Assembly (NCBI GenBank): GCA_045046875.1 | Contig: JASFYY010000117.1 | Location: 1 to 21,275 of the forward strand | DNA from: Verrucomicrobiota bacterium | GTDB taxonomy: Bacteria > Verrucomicrobiota > Verrucomicrobiia > Verrucomicrobiales > DEV007 | Length of the DNA: 21,275 nucleotides | Direction of reading: 5' to 3' | Shown here: positions 1 through 8,508 of the stretch, one piece after another | Layout of the letters: each line of letters begins with the position of its first letter | How positions within the stretch are numbered: the stretch's first letter is position 1 | The notes under the pieces: generated by a model | Databases searched by the model: none | What the model was told of the DNA's origin: nothing | What the model saw: the letters and a program-made list of their open reading frames with translations, nothing else | Program-made: the position numbers and the translations under genes

Positions 1-817
1 GGTTTTGCCGCAGATGCAAGACTGTCAGCAGCAGTGAACTGATGAAAATAGCGGTGTAGATAGGGGAGAAATCCTCAAAAATACCAAAGCTCCCGCTGAT
101 AAAAAACAAAGCCGAAGTCAAAAAGAGCAAATCGCGATTGATGTTGCGCCACCACGAAGAAGCGGCGCCGGGGTCGTTTTTTTGATCTGAATGTTTTTCG
201 CGGGCGCTGATGAGCAAGCAATTCAACACACACAACGAGGCAAAAAGCAGCACCGGTGGCAATACCTCGGCCGGGTGAACAAAAGCTTCATGCCGCATGG
301 CATCCACCCCTAGCGCCACTCCTCCGGCAAAAACCAAACCACAGGCAAACTCCTTGGCCCGTAGGGGTTTCAAGCGTGGAAACAAACGCACAAAAGCAGC
401 AAAATACAGCCACACCAAGACCGCGAGTATGGAGCCTGTCACTATCAAATCCAGGGGCAAAAAAGTGAGTGTGAACACGGCGGCTATCGGTAACATCACC
501 GCCAATAATAGGATGAAAAATTGCTGGTGCTGACGGGCAAATACATGTCGCCGAGTAGCTGTTTGCCAATCTTTTTGACGCCAGCCATCAATCAAACGAT
601 CAAAAATATAGATCGACCAAACCGCAAGAAACAGCACCGTATAAACCGGAAAGGCCACTGGCGAATCAAAGGCCTTGGAGAAAGCCCACAACCACACCAC
701 AGCCACCACTGGCGCGTCCAGACTGCACAGATTGGCATACAGCCACCACGGCTGGCTGGCTGGCTGGGTACTGTCCGAATCAGCTTCAATAGAGCCTGTA
801 AGAAAAGTAGATTTCAT
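1..817 (-). CDS. Polytopic membrane protein, UbiA prenyltransferase-like hypothetical (3' end runs off the window)
   Basis: Not in the ORF track. Hand translation from ATG at 817-815 is open to position 1: MKSTFLTGSIEADSDSTQPASQPWWLYANLCSLDAPVVAVVWLWAF...LFLAVWSIYIFDRLIDG...ATRRHVF...KEFACGLVFAGG. It has several hydrophobic segments. The IYxxDRLxD Asp motif resembles the first Asp-rich motif of UbiA-type proteins. Confidence 0.75.
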   Translation of the reverse strand, partial: MKSTFLTGSIEADSDSTQPASQPWWLYANLCSLDAPVVAVVWLWAFSKAFDSPVAFPVYTVLFLAVWSIYIFDRLIDGWRQKDWQTATRRHVFARQHQQFFILLLAVMLPIAAVFTLTFLPLDLIVTGSILAVLVWLYFAAFVRLFPRLKPLRAKEFACGLVFAGGVALGVDAMRHEAFVHPAEVLPPVLLFASLCVLNCLLISAREKHSDQKNDPGAASSWWRNINRDLLFLTSALFFISGSFGIFEDFSPIYTAIFISSLLLTVLHLRQN

Positions 818-879
818 TCAACGCACATCTGGATTATCACTCTATAACGGCATCCCCTTGCTTTGAAACCTCCAAAATT

Positions 880-1638
880 ATGAAAGAAGTCAAGCAGATC
901 AAGCAAGCTGGCCCGGTTCTGACATCCTGGTTGTTGTTTTACGCCCTTGTTTACGCCGTTTTCCATATCCTGCCAGTATTTCTGAAAGTCGAAGTCAAAA
1001 GCGGAATCCGACTCGGCGACCTGATGGATCTCAGCACCCCGCTGGTGATGGTTTTTCTAGTTTATAAATTATATAAAATACTGTCCTGCCAAGCGGAATC
1101 GGCGCTTCCAGGCACCAGCCGGCAAGGCAGTAAAATAGTTCTGATTTTGGGAGCGGTCATTTTTGTGGAGGGACACGGCATGCATCTTGCCGCCAATACC
1201 GTCAACCGTCTGATTGATCGTTCTGCCGCTTCGAAACTCTATGAGCTGAATTATTTTTTCGATGAAATACTCGGTCATCTGCTGTGGGACGGCGGCATTG
1301 TGATATTATCGATAGGTTTGATCGCGGTTGCTTTTAAAGTAAAAAATGCGGCCGGGGCCAAACCCAATTTACGCCGGCTGGTCATCGCTTCGCTGATTTA
1401 CGGCCTTACTTATTTCATCAACGCTATCGAAGGCCAGACTGTTATGCTGACTTTGCCAGGTGCAGTGTTGATTCCGGCAGCCATTTTGTTGCTGGCCAAT
1501 AAAAAACGCATGGAGCTGACTTCCCATGCCTGCCTGTTGTTTTTTGTTGTAGCTTACGGTTGGGCCGTTTGCCTTTTTGTCCTGTGGTATTGGTGGCAAG
1601 GCGCGTTCTATCAATTCAGCGACTTGGGCTGGCTTTGA
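880..1638 (+). CDS. Multi-pass membrane protein resembling the CLN6 (ceroid-lipofuscinosis neuronal 6) family
   Basis: 252 aa with about 7 hydrophobic segments. Motifs LGDLMDLSTP, IFVEGHGMHLAANTVNRL, YELNYFFDEILGHLLW and GLTYFINAIEGQ are colinear with motifs recalled from human CLN6. The CDS is well supported; the family call is by eye. Confidence 0.7.
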   Translation: MKEVKQIKQAGPVLTSWLLFYALVYAVFHILPVFLKVEVKSGIRLGDLMDLSTPLVMVFLVYKLYKILSCQAESALPGTSRQGSKIVLILGAVIFVEGHGMHLAANTVNRLIDRSAASKLYELNYFFDEILGHLLWDGGIVILSIGLIAVAFKVKNAAGAKPNLRRLVIASLIYGLTYFINAIEGQTVMLTLPGAVLIPAAILLLANKKRMELTSHACLLFFVVAYGWAVCLFVLWYWWQGAFYQFSDLGWL

Positions 1639-1706
1639 ATGAATGGTGGTGGAGTCCGCGCAAGCTAACCCGCATCCCGTTCCCTCTCCAATTTGTAGGG
1701 CCGCTC

Positions 1707-2553
1707 TCAAGGTTTGACTGGCACTATGGCCAGGCTCTCCACCGAAATGCATGAGACAAAATCTTTTTCAAGGTGAATGCGGCGAATAGCAGCAATCAAT
1801 TTCGCTTTTTCTGAAGTGATTTCACAAGCTTGTTTTGCGTAATAATCTAACGCACAGGCAATCAGATCCGGGTTGGATTTTTTGCCGGCTTTCAAATGAT
1901 TCACCGCCCATTGCAAATTTGCTTTTTCACTTAGTTTATAGTCAACCTGTCACACAGCTTTCGAGTAGCACATAATCGACTTGTTTGGAAAAATCTTTAA
2001 GATACTCCAAACCACGATTAGCCATGATCTTGAGTTCAGGGAATTGCGTACGAATTTCTGCAATCAATTCCACTGCGGCGCGCTGCTGATGAGTTTGATA
2101 TATCAGGTCGAGATCATCCAGAAAGACACCATTAAAACCTCTGTTTATAATTTCAGGAATGATGCGTTGTATGACCAGCTTTTTCCATACAGGCTTGTCG
2201 AGTTTGATCACCTGGCTGGCGAAACCCGGATTCTGTCCGCGCAGGGCATTGGCTTTTTCGAGGGCTTCGAACCACCAACGGTTTTCCCCTACCGCACCGA
2301 GGCTCATATACCCAATAACGGTCTTGCCCTGATCGCGCAGTTGTTTGACGCCTTGCTCGGGGTAAGCAGAGTCCAGGACCAGCAGGTTAAACGCTGCAAG
2401 TTGGGCGGGCGGGATGCTGGGGTTGTAACAAATCGATAAGCGCTCTGCTGAGCGCTGAGCTTGATCTTCGCCGCGTATTTCCGTGCACACTAAAAAAAGG
2501 CCCAGCAGCAGAAAGTTAAAAATGATACTTCTGCTGGAAAGACCTTTTATCAT
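1707..2553 (-). pseudogene. Secreted GH114/PelA-like endo-alpha-1,4-polygalactosaminidase, split by a single frameshift near 1945
   Basis: ORF 2553-1942 has a signal peptide and the motifs LLVLD, GKTVIGYMSLG, GFNGVFLDDLD, KIMANRG and VDYVLLES, then stops at TGA. The +1 frame continues DYKLSEKANLQWAVNHL...ALDYY to 1707 and supplies the expected C-terminal strands. Confidence 0.7.
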
Positions 2554-2558
2554 CAGTA

Positions 2559-4547
2559 TCAGGTGGTTTTGAAATCCGCTTGATCCGTTGTATCCTCAGT
2601 TTTCACAAAAGGCGGGATTGGACAACCAATGGTATCGGCGATGGCGCGCAGCAATTCCGCTTCGTCATCATTGATTTTTTGATCGGCCATGACCACTTTC
2701 CCGCAGGCGTGTAAGAGGCGTTTTTTCACCAGCGGGGTGGCTTCGTCAAAACGATTGAGTGCCTCGTCGATTTGCCCTAGAGCACACTTTTCGGGAGGCA
2801 GCATCTCCAGCGGAATATCTCCAAGTTCATCGACCATCGCTTCCACTCCTTGTTGAAACGCAAAACGAGCTTGCTCTTCATTACGGCTGCCCACTCCGGC
2901 CAGGGTGGACAACAAGATGGCGCTTTCATTGCGTAAAGCTGCAATGCGGCGATAGCGTATTTGCGGTGGGCGCAGCCGGTTAAAAAAGAGATCCAGATGG
3001 CGGCGGATGATTTTTTGCAGAGTGAACTCAAACAAATCGATCTGGCCGTCGCTTTCCATCAGGCGACTGACCACCTGCTGAAAGCGTTCGTATTCGGGTG
3101 CGGATAGTCTTCGTAATGAGGGGATGGTGAGATCGATCAGAGCCAGTTTATTCGATGAATTCAAGTTGCCAAGTTGCTCATAAAAACCCTTCACATAGTG
3201 CAGGGTATCACTGTCCAACAAACTTTCCAGCAGCTCGAATTCCGAGCGGCGAAGTTGATCGTCCTGTCCCAACAAAAGGGCAAAAATGACGGCTTGTGCG
3301 CCCGATTCACTGCGGATTGCTTCGAGCGATGCCGGCGGAATTGATTGAAGCACTTCATGGCCATAGGCAATTTGCCTGGCTCCCGGTTGGCCGATCTGAT
3401 CCATCGCCGACAAATTTGTCATATTTGCCGTTCCCGTCGCCCCCGCTAAACCTGATACCAAACCTGCGGCTGCCGTTTGGCCGGCATTGGATTCAGGCAT
3501 GTCTTGAGAAATAGCAGGCAAGCTCACTTCTGGAAATTCACCGTTCCAGTGTGGGTCGATTTTATTTATCCTGACATCAAGAGGAGGGTGGGTGGCGAAA
3601 GAATTAAAGTTCATCGCTCCGTGTTTGAAAGCATCGCCAAAAAACATGTGGCTGGCTTCCTCCGCCCGGGGATTGCCAATATTCGAGCCCTGACTCAGAC
3701 CGCCGATTTTTTTCAAAGCTCCGGCGATTCCCTCCGGGTTACGGGTGAACTGCACCGCACTGGCATCCGCCAAAAACTCCCGCTGACGAGAAATCGCCGC
3801 TTTGATCAGTTTGGCAAAAAACAAACCGATATAACCAATTGCCATCAGCGCCAAACCAAAAGCAAGGATGGCGATCACGCCACCTCCGTTTGAATCCCGG
3901 TTCCGCGAGCGCGGGGTGAAAGCCACACTTCGCATGATGATCTGTCCAATCATGGCGATAAAAAGAATGCCGAATAACAAGCCAATCAGGCGCATGTTGA
4001 GGCGCATGTCGCCGTTTAGAATATGCGAAAACTCATGCGCCATCACCCCCTGCAATTCATCGCGACTGAGCAAGCGGATCGTACCCCGCGTCACCCCGAT
4101 CACTGCGTCGCTGGGCGTTTTACCCGCAGCAAAAGCGTTGATCCCCATCTCATCATCCATGATGTAAACATCCGGCACCGGCACCCCTGAGGCGATCGCC
4201 ATTTCCTCCACCACGTTGAGCAGACGCCGCTCTTCAAAATCACCGGTATTACGATCGATGCGTCGGCCACCGAGTTCAATCGCCACCACCGAACCACCGG
4301 CGCTGAGCTGCAAGGTTTTGAATCCTGTGCCCAGTGCGATCACCCCGCCCGATCCCAGCGCAGCGTAGAGTAACAGCTCCGGCTGCCACAAATGGAGCGT
4401 AGCGGAACCCTCGTCAGCGAAAAAGAACGAGGCGCCAACGATCACCGCATAAATTGACGCGATGATGCCCAGCACCGCCAAGCTGAAATACAGCACCAGT
4501 AAACGGGTCTTTTTCCGCGCCAGCTCCTGATGTTCGAAAAAATCCAT
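2559..4547 (-). CDS. M48 family (HtpX-like) membrane zinc metallopeptidase with long C-terminal extension
   Basis: MDFFEHQ start, VVEEMAIASG, INAFAAG, AHEFSH (HExxH), SRQREFLADASAVQFTRNP, THPPL. Lies directly downstream of lemA, the usual arrangement. Confidence 0.93.
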   Translation of the reverse strand: MDFFEHQELARKKTRLLVLYFSLAVLGIIASIYAVIVGASFFFADEGSATLHLWQPELLLYAALGSGGVIALGTGFKTLQLSAGGSVVAIELGGRRIDRNTGDFEERRLLNVVEEMAIASGVPVPDVYIMDDEMGINAFAAGKTPSDAVIGVTRGTIRLLSRDELQGVMAHEFSHILNGDMRLNMRLIGLLFGILFIAMIGQIIMRSVAFTPRSRNRDSNGGGVIAILAFGLALMAIGYIGLFFAKLIKAAISRQREFLADASAVQFTRNPEGIAGALKKIGGLSQGSNIGNPRAEEASHMFFGDAFKHGAMNFNSFATHPPLDVRINKIDPHWNGEFPEVSLPAISQDMPESNAGQTAAAGLVSGLAGATGTANMTNLSAMDQIGQPGARQIAYGHEVLQSIPPASLEAIRSESGAQAVIFALLLGQDDQLRRSEFELLESLLDSDTLHYVKGFYEQLGNLNSSNKLALIDLTIPSLRRLSAPEYERFQQVVSRLMESDGQIDLFEFTLQKIIRRHLDLFFNRLRPPQIRYRRIAALRNESAILLSTLAGVGSRNEEQARFAFQQGVEAMVDELGDIPLEMLPPEKCALGQIDEALNRFDEATPLVKKRLLHACGKVVMADQKINDDEAELLRAIADTIGCPIPPFVKTEDTTDQADFKTT

Positions 4548-4583
4548 CGACTTTCGATTCTCGTTTGCAACGATGAAGTTGTT

Positions 4584-5186
4584 TTAATCAAACGACACTT
4601 TGACCGCTTCACGCTGCTCTTCTTCTTTCACCTCGAATAAAGTCGCGGCAACAAAATTGAACATACCAGCGATGATGTTCGAGGGGAACATCTCACGCTT
4701 GATATTGTAGTTCATCACCGAGTCATTATAAGACTGGCGGGCAAAGGAGATTTTGTTTTCGGTCGAGGTCAGCTCCTCGGTCAATTGCATCATATTCTGA
4801 TTGGCTTTCAGATCCGGATAAGCTTCCGATAGCGCAAACAAACGCCCCAACATGCCACCCAAACCGGATTCCGCCTGCGCCAGTTGCTGCATCGCCACCG
4901 CATCACTCGGATCCACTGACGCCTGCTCACGCGCAGATGAGGCCATGTTGCGCGCTTTGATCACATTTTCCAAGGTGTCGGCCTCGTGTTTCATGTAGCC
5001 CTTGGCGGTTTCGACCAAATTGGGGATCAGATCATAGCGTCGTTTCAGTTGCACATCGATCTGGGCAAAGGCGTTTTTGAACTGATTGCGCAGTTTGACC
5101 AAGCCGTTGTAAATGCCAACGATCCAAAAAAGCACCACCACGGCGATACCCGCGATAGCTAGAAGAGTAATAGTTGCAGCTGCCAT
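4584..5186 (-). CDS. lemA: LemA family protein
   Basis: N-terminal TM helix; YNGLV, QIDVQLKRRYDLIPNLVE, EAYPDLKA, ENKISFARQSYND, FPSNIIA. Confidence 0.96.
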   Translation of the reverse strand: MAAATITLLAIAGIAVVVLFWIVGIYNGLVKLRNQFKNAFAQIDVQLKRRYDLIPNLVETAKGYMKHEADTLENVIKARNMASSAREQASVDPSDAVAMQQLAQAESGLGGMLGRLFALSEAYPDLKANQNMMQLTEELTSTENKISFARQSYNDSVMNYNIKREMFPSNIIAGMFNFVAATLFEVKEEEQREAVKVSFD

Positions 5187-5324
5187 AATATTAGAAGAAT
5201 TAGGTTTTAATTGAATATTTGCTTACCCGGACACTCGAAAGCATCGATAGATAGATTGAAAGACGGGGCAGCACCTTTTAAGGTATCACCGATTTTTCAT
5301 CGTCCAACAGACTATAAGCGCAAA

Positions 5325-6878
5325 ATGAATTTGAGTTCGATTATAAAATACCGTCGTGATTGTAATCCGGTTGGAGCCGTCATCCTGATCGCCTTGCTGG
5401 CCATGTTGCTACCGGTCGCGGAAGCGGCTGATTTCACTGCGGATGCCCGCCTGCAGCCCACCCCGCCCTTGCGGGAATTCCGCGGAGTCTGGGTCGCTAC
5501 GGTTTATAATATCGACTGGCCGTCACGCCCCGGGCTGTCCGCCGCCAAGCAACAAAGCGAAATGATCACTATTCTCAACCGCGCCGCCTCACTGCGCATG
5601 AACGCGGTGATCTTCCAGGTTCGCCCGATGGCTGACGCTTTTTACAAATCCCGGGTCGAACCCTGGTCCCATTACCTCACCGGCGAGATGGGCAAAAGCC
5701 CCGGTTACGACCCCTTGGCTTTTGCGGTGCAGGAAGCCCATCGCCGCGGGTTGGAATTACATGCCTGGTTCAATCCTTATCGCGCCAAGACCGGTAGCAA
5801 AATAGCCATATCCCCCAAACACGTTTCCCGTTCCCAGAGCTCGGTTATTCGCCGCGCCGGCAAAGGTCTGTGGATGGATCCGTCATCCAGCTTCACCCGC
5901 GAACGCATGATCACCGTGGTGATGGATGTAGTGAAACGCTACGACGTCGACGGCGTCCACATCGATGATTATTTTTACCCCTACCCAGAGGCTGGCGGAG
6001 GCGCGGCTTTTGATGACAACGCTAATTGGAATTCCTACCGCAAAAAAGGCGGGCAACTTAATCGCAGCGACTGGCGACGCGATCATGTCAATCGGCTGGT
6101 GCGGGAGCTCTACTCCAGCATCAAACGCTCCAAGCCCCAGGTCAAATTCGGGGTTAGTCCGTTTGGAATCTGGAAGCCCGGTTACCCTTCGACGGTCGAA
6201 GGCCATCTGGATGCCCACGGTGAGCTCTACGCTGATAGCCGCCGCTGGTTGCATGAAGGTTGGTTGGATTATGTCTCACCCCAGCTTTATTGGAAAAACA
6301 AAGGGCCGCAAAGTTTCGGCGAACTTTACAATTGGTGGCAAACAGAGAATACCAAAGGACGTCATCTGTGGCCGGGCATCGCGATCAGCCGCATCGGGCG
6401 TGGCGGTGAGGGAGACGGGCGTTCTGCAGGAGAAATCATCACCCAGATCAATATCACCCGCAAAAACCGTGGCCGTGCGCCAGGCACCGGGCATATTTTT
6501 TGGAACGAAAAAGCTTTGCGTAAAAATACCGGCAATATCAATCAAACCCTGATCGAACAAGCCTACACCCAACGCGCCCTGGTGCCGGCCAGCCCCTGGT
6601 TGGGCAATAACAAAAATATGCCGCAAGCTGTCGTCACCCGCGCCAGCCTGAACGGCGACCGCCTGAGCCTCAAATGGTACCCCGAGAGCAAACGTGCCAG
6701 CTCCGTTCGCTGGTGGGTGATCCAGGTGCTGGAAGGCAAACAATGGAGAATCGCTCAAACTGTGCCCGGTGCGGCAACTGGCATCGATGTATTAAACGCC
6801 AGCAAAATCACCGCCGTGGCAATAAGACCGGTGGACGCCGCCGGTGGGGTGGGACGAGCAGCGGCTTTGCGGAAATAA
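5325..6878 (+). CDS. Secreted glycoside hydrolase-like family 10 (DUF187/YddW-type) protein with C-terminal FN3-like segment
   Basis: REFRGVWVATVYNIDWPS, NAVIFQVRP, GYDPLAFAVQEAHRRGLELHAWFNPYR, YDVDGVHIDDYFYPYP, WLDYVSPQLYW. ATG 5325 is preferred over TTG 5211 because it puts the hydrophobic signal peptide near the N-terminus. Confidence 0.9.
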   Translation: MNLSSIIKYRRDCNPVGAVILIALLAMLLPVAEAADFTADARLQPTPPLREFRGVWVATVYNIDWPSRPGLSAAKQQSEMITILNRAASLRMNAVIFQVRPMADAFYKSRVEPWSHYLTGEMGKSPGYDPLAFAVQEAHRRGLELHAWFNPYRAKTGSKIAISPKHVSRSQSSVIRRAGKGLWMDPSSSFTRERMITVVMDVVKRYDVDGVHIDDYFYPYPEAGGGAAFDDNANWNSYRKKGGQLNRSDWRRDHVNRLVRELYSSIKRSKPQVKFGVSPFGIWKPGYPSTVEGHLDAHGELYADSRRWLHEGWLDYVSPQLYWKNKGPQSFGELYNWWQTENTKGRHLWPGIAISRIGRGGEGDGRSAGEIITQINITRKNRGRAPGTGHIFWNEKALRKNTGNINQTLIEQAYTQRALVPASPWLGNNKNMPQAVVTRASLNGDRLSLKWYPESKRASSVRWWVIQVLEGKQWRIAQTVPGAATGIDVLNASKITAVAIRPVDAAGGVGRAAALRK

Positions 6879-6938
6879 GTCCGGCTTCATTTTTCTTCTT
6901 ATTCGCGATCATGCGCGTAAAAATCTAATATATCTGTT

Positions 6939-7724
6939 ATGTCAGAGCAATCACAAATTGACCGTCTGCTGGAAATCATGCACACCCTGCGCGCTCCCGG
7001 CGGTTGTCCCTGGGATATCGAGCAGACTCACGAATCCCTCATCCCTTGCCTGCTCGAAGAAGCTTACGAAGTCGCCGAAGCTCTGCGTGACAATGATACT
7101 CACGCAATGACCGACGAGCTCGGCGATCTGTTGTTGCAGGTGGTTTTTCATGCTGAGATTGCCCAGGAGAGTGACCGTTTTGCTTTCGAAGATGTCGCCA
7201 AAGCGATCTCTGACAAACTGGTGCGCCGTCACCCGCATGTTTTTGGTGACAGTGACGTCAGCGACAGTGAAGGCGTTCTGCGGCAATGGGAAGAAATCAA
7301 ACGGCAGGAAAAAGGGAATTCTAAATCTGATTATCACATCAAAAGAGCCAACGACGGTCTGCCCTCTCTGATGGCTGCACGCAAGTTGCAGAAAAAAGCC
7401 GCCGAGGTAGGCTTTGACTGGCCCGATCTCGCCCCTGTGGTTGATAAAATTCACGAAGAACTGGCTGAAGTCGAAGAGGCGTTGGACGAAAATGACCAGG
7501 AACATCTCGGTGAAGAAATCGGCGATCTGTTGTTCGCTGTTGTCAATCTCGCCCGCAAGAAAAAATTCGATCCAGAAACCCTGTTAGCCGCCGCCAACAG
7601 CAAATTTGTTAAACGGTTCCAACAAGTCGAAGACCGCTTGCAAGCTGAGGGCAAAACTCTGCGACAAGCGAGCCTAGAAGAAATGGACGCCCAATGGGAC
7701 GCCGCCAAACTCGCCGCAAAGTAG
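6939..7724 (+). CDS. mazG: Nucleoside triphosphate pyrophosphohydrolase MazG
   Basis: LRAPGGCPWD, EEAYE, DELGDLLLQVVFHA, KLVRRHPHVF, GFDW, EEIGDLLFAVVNLAR; two-domain MazG. Confidence 0.96.
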   Translation: MSEQSQIDRLLEIMHTLRAPGGCPWDIEQTHESLIPCLLEEAYEVAEALRDNDTHAMTDELGDLLLQVVFHAEIAQESDRFAFEDVAKAISDKLVRRHPHVFGDSDVSDSEGVLRQWEEIKRQEKGNSKSDYHIKRANDGLPSLMAARKLQKKAAEVGFDWPDLAPVVDKIHEELAEVEEALDENDQEHLGEEIGDLLFAVVNLARKKKFDPETLLAAANSKFVKRFQQVEDRLQAEGKTLRQASLEEMDAQWDAAKLAAK

Positions 7725-7872
7725 AATTGAATCCCAGGTAGGATAGATTTCCAAATCTGTCCGCGCGGCTCTAACAGGGCAAGAATAACCACTACCACCT
7801 GGCCCCATTTTCGCTCATCGACATCAACCTGTCAGTGGCTGATATTTAACCCCGTAAGGTAACAGGAACCAT

Positions 7873-7974
7873 AACCACTGATAACACTGATTAGCACTGA
7901 TTAGCACTGATACATTTTAACCACCCAGTCTTTCGCATTCTATCTTATCCGCGCTATCCGTGGAATCCGCGGTT
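7873..7974. repeat. Intergenic element: short tandem units forming a degenerate inverted repeat
   Basis: CACTGAT occurs at 7876, 7885, 7895 and 7905. ATCCG(C/T)G occurs at 7947, 7956 and 7965 (reverse complement C(A/G)CGGAT). The element begins AACC and ends GGTT. Confidence 0.7.
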
Positions 7975-8043
7975 AAAAAACAGAATCTCGGATGTCACAG
8001 AATCCACAATTTGCGTCCCCTTAATCTTCAAGTAACATCCTTC

Positions 8044-8334
8044 ATGATCCGTCACACCGTTGTTTTTACTTTAAATCACCCTGCAGGTTCCACCGAAGAA
8101 ATCGAATTCATGGACGAAGCGCGTAAGCTCACCGCTATCCCCGGGGTGACCTGTTTCGAAATATTAAAACAAGTCAGTCCCAAATGTGATTTTGCCTACG
8201 GCATCTCGATGGAATTTGCCAACCAAGCGGAATTGGATTTCTACGCCGCGCATCCCTTGCACACCGCATTTGTCGAAAAATGTTGGATCCCCAATGTCAG
8301 CGATTTTCAGGAAATCGATTACACGGGGATGTGA
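8044..8334 (+). CDS. Dabb family stress-responsive A/B barrel protein
   Basis: MIRHTVVFTL...LTAIPGV...SMEFAN..LDFYAAHPLH...FQEIDY. Start moved to ATG 8044 (96 aa), which matches the family N-terminus. Confidence 0.9.
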   Translation: MIRHTVVFTLNHPAGSTEEIEFMDEARKLTAIPGVTCFEILKQVSPKCDFAYGISMEFANQAELDFYAAHPLHTAFVEKCWIPNVSDFQEIDYTGM

Positions 8335-8361
8335 ATCTAAGATTGGCTGCGTTTCTCAGGA

Positions 8362-8410
8362 GTTCTCATTCTTTCATTGGCTCCCCCTGAGGGGGGGAGA
8401 AAGTGGTCGG
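8362..8410. repeat. Direct repeat copy 1 (att-like): last 7 nt of tRNA-Pro plus its 3' trailer
   Basis: GTTCTCATTCTTTCATTGGCTCCCCCTGAGGGGGGGAGAAAGTGGTCGG, 48/49 identical to 9967-10015. Confidence 0.95.
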
Positions 8411-8419
8411 TTCACAACA

Positions 8420-8507
8420 TCTGCTAATTCTCTGCTAATCGGACACATTTTAGCAGAAATGACTGTTATTCACATTGTTTTCTGCTAAACTGGCTCTAAT
8501 TAGCAGA
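8420..8507 (+). promoter_or_regulatory. Twin palindromic operator-like sites TCTGCTAA-N11-TTAGCAGA upstream of fic
   Basis: Full sites at 8431-8457 and 8481-8507, 50 bp apart, plus an extra half-site TCTGCTAA at 8420-8427. The second site ends 1 nt before the ATG. Confidence 0.7.
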
Positions 8508-8508
8508 G

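Noticed and set aside
256..866. Several short ORFs in the track (256-468, 288-569, 297-533, 521-847, 592-789, 675-866)
   Set aside because: All overlap the longer, motif-bearing minus-strand membrane CDS (1-817).
7873..7911. Possible CRISPR array
   Set aside because: Units are only 9-10 bp, with no spacers and no cas genes.
7960..8043. GTG start extending the Dabb ORF
   Set aside because: It starts within the repeat element; the family N-terminus MIRH begins at 8044.
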